Below, one piece after another: positions 59,540-64,000 of a stretch of 64,000 bases of DNA (the stretch's first letter is position 1; each line of letters starts with the position of its first letter). The translations under genes were made by a program, and so were the position numbers. Origin of the DNA: an uncultured Fidelibacterota bacterium (GTDB lineage Bacteria; Fidelibacterota; Marinisomatia; Marinisomatales; Marinisomataceae); contig CACGRA010000002.1 in assembly GCA_902575395.1 (NCBI GenBank), positions 13,613-77,612 on the forward strand, given 5' to 3'. The notes under the pieces are model-generated. The model saw only the letters and a list, made by a program, of their open reading frames with translations. It ran no database searches and had not been told where the DNA came from.

Positions 59540-61324
59540 ATGGAGATTATACTATTAGGTGGAATTATTCTTGGTGCACTTGTATTATTTATTACAGAAT
59601 TTTTCCCAATTGATGTCACAGCTCTTGTCGTATTAGGTTTATTATTAATTTTTGGACTTGTTAGACCTGAACAGAGTTTATCAGGATTCTCAAATCCAGC
59701 TGTTATTACTATAGCATGTCTTTTTATCTTAAGCTATGCGCTTCAGAAGTCACACGTATTAGAATATGTAATAATTAATATTAATAAGATAATCGATAAA
59801 TCACAGACATTAGGAATGGCTGCCTATTTATTCTCTATTGGTCTTGCTTCTGCAGTTGTTAACAATACAGCAATTGTTGCTATATTTATGCCCGTTACTA
59901 TTCGCTTAGCTGACAAATATAATATCAGTCCATCAAAAGTATTAATTCCATTAAGCTATGCAGCAATTTTAGGAGGTACATTAACTTTAGTTGGCACTTC
60001 AACAAATTTAATTGTTAACTCTGTTTTAGTTCAATCATCTGAATTGTCACTTGGAATGTTAGAATTTGCAAAATTTGGAGTTATTAAATTTATTATTGGA
60101 TTAGTATATATCTTTACATTTGGCTATAAGCTTTTACCTTCTAGAGTTGCAAAATCATCTAGTATATCAGACTATAGTTTGGATGGTTATTTGACAGAGT
60201 TTAAAGTTAATTCAGACTCTCCTCTAAATGGAAAAACATTGCTCGAAAGAAAAATTAATGAAAATTATGACGTTATTGTTCTTGATGTTTTAAGGCAAGG
60301 CGAAATTATTGCTTCTAATCTTAGAAATTTAGCTATACAAGAAGGCGATGTTCTTTTTGTTAAAGGTTCTTTTGATAATTTCCAACGATTAAAAGAAATT
60401 GAAAATCTTGCTTTATTAGCTGATGAAAAATTAACACAGGAAGAATTAGAGCAGGAAGATCATATCATAGCAGAATGTTTAATTACTGATAATTCTGAAT
60501 TGATTGGTCAAAATCTTCAGGAAGCAAATTTTAGACGTACTTTTGGAAGCTTTGTGCTTGCAATTCGAAGAGAAGGAGAAGTGATTAGAAGGAAACTTGC
60601 TCAATTTGTTCTAAAGCCATTTGATACTTTATTGGTATATGGGCCAAAAGATCGCGTTAATCAACTTGCGTCAAAAGAAGGTTTTATTGTATTAGGAAAA
60701 GTTGATGCCTCTCTTGATAGTCATCCTTTATGGTGGTTAAGTCCATTTGCAATATTATTTGCGGTAATAATGGCTATTTTTAACGTTCTTACAATTGTAG
60801 AAGGTGTCATATTAGGTGTAATTGCATTATTGCTTGCAAGAGTTATTACTCCTAATGAAGCATATTCATCTATACATTGGCAAGTAATTATCGTAATCGC
60901 TGCATTTTTGCCTATAGGAGCAGCAATGCAAGAAACAAAACTTGATAAAGAGATTGGTAATTTTATTGGTAATTTTATTGCTCTTTTCCCATCAGAATTA
61001 CTTCCTTATGTCTTATTAGCTGCTATCTATTTTATTACTATGGTATTAACAGAAATTGCATCCAATGTTGCAACAGCAATTATTATGACTCCAATTACTT
61101 TAAAATTAGCTGAACAGTTTGAATACAATCCTCTTCCATTTATTTTTGCTGTATGTTATGCAGCATCAGCATCTTTTATTACCCCAATTGGTTATCAAAC
61201 CAACTTGATGGTATTTGGTCCAGGAGGGTATAAATATTTTGATTATGTTAAAGTAGGTCTTCCGTTAGCACTGATTTTATGGATAGTTTCTGTTCTTATA
61301 ATCCCAATGATTTGGCCATTTTAG
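59540..61324 (+). CDS. SLC13/DASS-type anion permease with two central TrkA-C (RCK_C) domains
   Basis: I place the start at ATG 59540; the track's GTG at 59510 lies inside the tRNA. Two TM halves flank two soluble repeats (GKTLLERKI...VLDVLRQGE and GQNLQEANF...VLAIRREGE). Confidence 0.8.
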   Translation: MEIILLGGIILGALVLFITEFFPIDVTALVVLGLLLIFGLVRPEQSLSGFSNPAVITIACLFILSYALQKSHVLEYVIININKIIDKSQTLGMAAYLFSIGLASAVVNNTAIVAIFMPVTIRLADKYNISPSKVLIPLSYAAILGGTLTLVGTSTNLIVNSVLVQSSELSLGMLEFAKFGVIKFIIGLVYIFTFGYKLLPSRVAKSSSISDYSLDGYLTEFKVNSDSPLNGKTLLERKINENYDVIVLDVLRQGEIIASNLRNLAIQEGDVLFVKGSFDNFQRLKEIENLALLADEKLTQEELEQEDHIIAECLITDNSELIGQNLQEANFRRTFGSFVLAIRREGEVIRRKLAQFVLKPFDTLLVYGPKDRVNQLASKEGFIVLGKVDASLDSHPLWWLSPFAILFAVIMAIFNVLTIVEGVILGVIALLLARVITPNEAYSSIHWQVIIVIAAFLPIGAAMQETKLDKEIGNFIGNFIALFPSELLPYVLLAAIYFITMVLTEIASNVATAIIMTPITLKLAEQFEYNPLPFIFAVCYAASASFITPIGYQTNLMVFGPGGYKYFDYVKVGLPLALILWIVSVLIIPMIWPF

Positions 61325-61334
61325 TATTAAAATA

Positions 61335-61607
61335 ATGAACATTGAATCTCTAATAAATGATTTAGATAATTGGGTATACAATGATAATTCCATTACTAAG
61401 ATATTTGAATTTTCGTCTTATCTTTCTGGTATAAATTTTTTAAACAAAGTAGCCCTTCTATCAGAAAAAATGAATCATCATCCAGATATTACAGTAAACT
61501 GGTGTAAAGTTACAATTTTGCTTACCACACATGATCATGGTAATGTAACAGAAAAAGACATTCAGTTAGCAAAATTATGTGATGAGATTTTTGAGGCACA
61601 AATTTGA
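61335..61607 (+). CDS. phhB: Pterin-4-alpha-carbinolamine dehydratase
   Basis: MNHHPDI...W motif of the PCD/DCoH family. 90 aa. Confidence 0.85.
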   Translation: MNIESLINDLDNWVYNDNSITKIFEFSSYLSGINFLNKVALLSEKMNHHPDITVNWCKVTILLTTHDHGNVTEKDIQLAKLCDEIFEAQI

Positions 61608-61609
61608 AT

Positions 61610-61626
61610 TATTCCTTCCAGGAATA
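61610..61626. terminator. Hairpin between convergent genes (possible bidirectional terminator)
   Basis: 7-bp stem TATTCCT/AGGAATA with loop TCC. The flanks are A/T-rich, but there is no long T-run. Confidence 0.3.
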
Positions 61627-61651
61627 GCATTATTTTATATTGCTTATAGAA

Positions 61652-62410
61652 TTACTTAGCTTTCTGAGCTCTTTTTTTTTGCATCTTTCTTGCAGTGTTT
61701 GCCATCATTACAGCTACTATTCTTTTCAATTTGATTACAATATGCCATTGCCATGGAAAGATAAACATTTTTTTCTTTTTATTAAGTGCATTGACAATTT
61801 TTTTTGCAGCAATATCTGTTTTAATCATAAATGGAGTCCATTCTACTGGATCTGTCATCTCACTTTCAACAAACCCTGGACAAATTAATGTTACATCAAT
61901 AGTACTTGGTAATGTATTTCTCCAACTTTCACTTAAAGCTCTTACAGCAAATTTAGATGCAGCATATGCTCCTCCGCCAGCCCATGCTATGTGGCTTGCA
62001 ACTGACCCTACAAGAGCAATATGGCCACTATCTTGTTCTAGCATTTTTGGAAGGAATGGAACGATAGTATTTTGTACTCCAATAACATTTACTTTAATTA
62101 CTTCATTCATTATGGTTGGATTTCCTTTATGAAGTGCATCAAGCTCTCCACGACCTGCATTTGCAATGACTAAGTCAATTGTGGTGATTTTTGATAAAAA
62201 ATCCTCTATTGACTCTTTGGTTGAATGTTGATCGCTAACATCTACAGAGTAAGTCGTAACTTGAGCCCCCATTTCTCGACATTTATTAGCAATGCTCTCT
62301 AATTTTTCTTTTCTTCTTGCACATAATGCTAAGTGATTACCGCTTTTTGCATATTCGTACGAAACATACTCTCCAATTCCGCTACTTGCACCTGTAATAA
62401 AGATATTCAT
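61652..62410 (-). CDS. Short-chain dehydrogenase/reductase (SDR)
   Basis: ITGASSGIG cofactor motif and the catalytic YAASK. Confidence 0.85.
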   Translation of the reverse strand: MNIFITGASSGIGEYVSYEYAKSGNHLALCARRKEKLESIANKCREMGAQVTTYSVDVSDQHSTKESIEDFLSKITTIDLVIANAGRGELDALHKGNPTIMNEVIKVNVIGVQNTIVPFLPKMLEQDSGHIALVGSVASHIAWAGGGAYAASKFAVRALSESWRNTLPSTIDVTLICPGFVESEMTDPVEWTPFMIKTDIAAKKIVNALNKKKKMFIFPWQWHIVIKLKRIVAVMMANTARKMQKKRAQKAK

Positions 62411-62472
62411 AAGGGGTATTCTACAAATTTATCAGTCATAATTCCATCAAAACTAATTATATTCACTTTAGA

Positions 62473-63444
62473 ATGACTAAAAGTAAAATAAATGGCTTAG
62501 CACAATCAATTATTGAAAGTGAATCTAAACAATTAAAAAAGGTTGCTAAACAAGTCGATAAAGATATTGTAAAAGCAGCCAATTTGATTGCAAAACATGA
62601 TGGAAAGATTGTGGTATGCGGTTTAGGGAAATCAGGATTAATTGCTCAAAAGATTGTTGCAACGTTATGTAGCACTGGAACAAAAAGTGTATTTATGCAT
62701 GCATCTGATGCTTTGCATGGCGATTTAGGTATTTATAATCCAGGTGATCCAACAATTCTTATTTCTAAAAGTGGCAATACAGAAGAGTTAGTACGTTTAA
62801 TACCAATATTAAGAGATTTTGATTCTCCTTTAATTGGAATTGTGAGTAATACTGATTCATCAATTGCAAAAAATGTTGATATTGTATTAAATGCTACAAT
62901 TGATAAAGAGGTTGACCCTTTAGAAATTGTTCCTACCGCCAGTGCATTAGCAGCAATGGCTATTGGTGATGCTCTTGCATCTGTTTTAATGGTGAAAAGA
63001 GGGTTTCAGCATAAAGATTTTGCAAAATATCATCCAGGAGGAGAACTTGGAAAACAGTTAGGACTAACTGTGAAAGATTTAATGCATCCAATAAAAGAAG
63101 TTGCAGTATTTAAAAAAGATAGTTCTTTATCAGATGTAGCAAAACTCATGACAAAAAAACCTTTGGGCGCTGCATTAATTTTAGCAAAAAATAAAACATT
63201 ATTAGGAATTGTTACAGAAGGAGATATTCGCAAAGCAATCGCTTCAAATAAAAAACCTAATGATTCAATTGACAACTTGATAAATAATGATCCAGTTGTG
63301 GTTTCTTCAGAAATGGTAATTTCTGATGCAATGAAAATGATGGAAGATAGACAATCACAGATTTCTGTATTACCAGTGATAGAAAATAAAAAGTGTGTCG
63401 GGTTATTAAGGTTACACGATTTATATCAGACAAAATTATTGTAA
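62473..63444 (+). CDS. kdsD: Arabinose-5-phosphate isomerase (KpsF/GutQ family: SIS + tandem CBS)
   Basis: SIS motif VVCGLGKSG. Two CBS repeats at the C-terminus. Confidence 0.85.
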   Translation: MTKSKINGLAQSIIESESKQLKKVAKQVDKDIVKAANLIAKHDGKIVVCGLGKSGLIAQKIVATLCSTGTKSVFMHASDALHGDLGIYNPGDPTILISKSGNTEELVRLIPILRDFDSPLIGIVSNTDSSIAKNVDIVLNATIDKEVDPLEIVPTASALAAMAIGDALASVLMVKRGFQHKDFAKYHPGGELGKQLGLTVKDLMHPIKEVAVFKKDSSLSDVAKLMTKKPLGAALILAKNKTLLGIVTEGDIRKAIASNKKPNDSIDNLINNDPVVVSSEMVISDAMKMMEDRQSQISVLPVIENKKCVGLLRLHDLYQTKLL

Positions 63445-64000
63445 AATTTCAAACTGTCCTGCACCTTTAATTGTAGTCACAAAATCAGGTCCAGCAATTT
63501 GTCCCGCAGTATAGAATCCAGGTGAAACTTCATTTTTACTAATATAGTCTGCAAGAGCAATTGGGCCTCTTCCGCTAAAGAAATATGAATCACATGTTTT
63601 TAATTTAATAGTAATTTTTTTCCCGCTTGAATTCTCTGCTTCACCAAATATATTCATACTGCTTTTAAGTCTAGATTCATATGATGGATTTCTAAACTTC
63701 TTCTTTATTTTATCGATTTGTGCATTGCGTAAAAAAGGTAATCTTAGAAGTATTCTATATTTCAATGAATCATATTTTAATGCTTTCTTAATCTGATTAT
63801 CAGAAAGGGGAGTATAAAATTCAATATTTGGTACCCCAGTAGAATAATATCCGCTATATATATCAGCCCATGTCCAAACTCCAACTTGCACTAGTTTTCC
63901 ATCCCCAAAATCAATCTCATGTTTATTGTATAACGGAGATACGCGCTTGATTTTACCATTTTTTCTAATTAAAGATCCTTTATGCATACGATATGTTCCT
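63436..64000 (-). CDS. Saccharopine-dehydrogenase-family (COG3268-like) protein, C-terminal part (5' end beyond window)
   Basis: The frame stays open to the window edge. WADIYSGYYSTGVPNIEFY resembles the conserved motif of this family. Its stop region overlaps the kdsD stop region by 9 nt, tail to tail. Confidence 0.5.
   Translation of the reverse strand, partial: GTYRMHKGSLIRKNGKIKRVSPLYNKHEIDFGDGKLVQVGVWTWADIYSGYYSTGVPNIEFYTPLSDNQIKKALKYDSLKYRILLRLPFLRNAQIDKIKKKFRNPSYESRLKSSMNIFGEAENSSGKKITIKLKTCDSYFFSGRGPIALADYISKNEVSPGFYTAGQIAGPDFVTTIKGAGQFEILQ

Noticed and set aside
61640-62132. Two plus-strand ORFs (82 aa and 145 aa)
   Set aside because: Both lie antisense to, or overlap, the minus-strand SDR, which has clear TGxxxGIG and YxxxK motifs.

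Overview
This is an AT-rich window (roughly one-third G+C by eye) with almost no non-coding DNA. About 25 gaps exceed 15 nt, and many neighbouring genes overlap by 4-23 nt. I read it as chromosomal DNA of a Gram-negative, probably marine, FCB-superphylum-like bacterium. That taxonomic guess is inference from the CarboxypepD_reg-type TonB receptor, the many lipoproteins, sigma-54 and an SDR-type threonine dehydrogenase; Shine-Dalgarno sites are in use. Most of the content is core housekeeping:
- a MacAB/TolC-type efflux set;
- gatC, then a contiguous kdsB-pyrG-kdsA-kdsC-lptC-lptB-rpoN-argF block;
- lpxH, tgt, bcp, secDF and kbl-tdh;
- parAB followed by an M23 peptidase and a bactofilin;
- a complete F1Fo operon (atpZ-like, then B, E, F, H, A, G, D, C);
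- aspS, phoH, nusB, secA and kdsD.

Three tRNA genes are present: Asn-GUU, Arg-UCU and Leu-UAG. I found no CRISPR array, integrase, transposase, rRNA or recognisable defence genes.

The accessory-looking part is 22.3-35.2 kb. It holds a Pho-type locus with no Pst transporter: a PhoB/PhoR-like pair, a TonB-dependent receptor, an uncharacterised PKD/beta-helix-like lipoprotein, PhoU, a divergent PiT-like permease, a phytase-like propeller and an SGNH hydrolase. An 11-bp-phased ATCCTAA direct repeat sits upstream of the receptor gene and of phoU. This locus is followed by a tiny islet bounded by a 48-bp direct repeat of the tRNA-Arg 3' half, which carries a zinc-ribbon/DUF805 gene. Next to that is a small tandem-repeat basic protein.

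Two tRNAs directly abut the start codon of the next CDS, with gaps of 5 nt and 3 nt. All functional calls come from motif recognition in the supplied translations. No database search was run.
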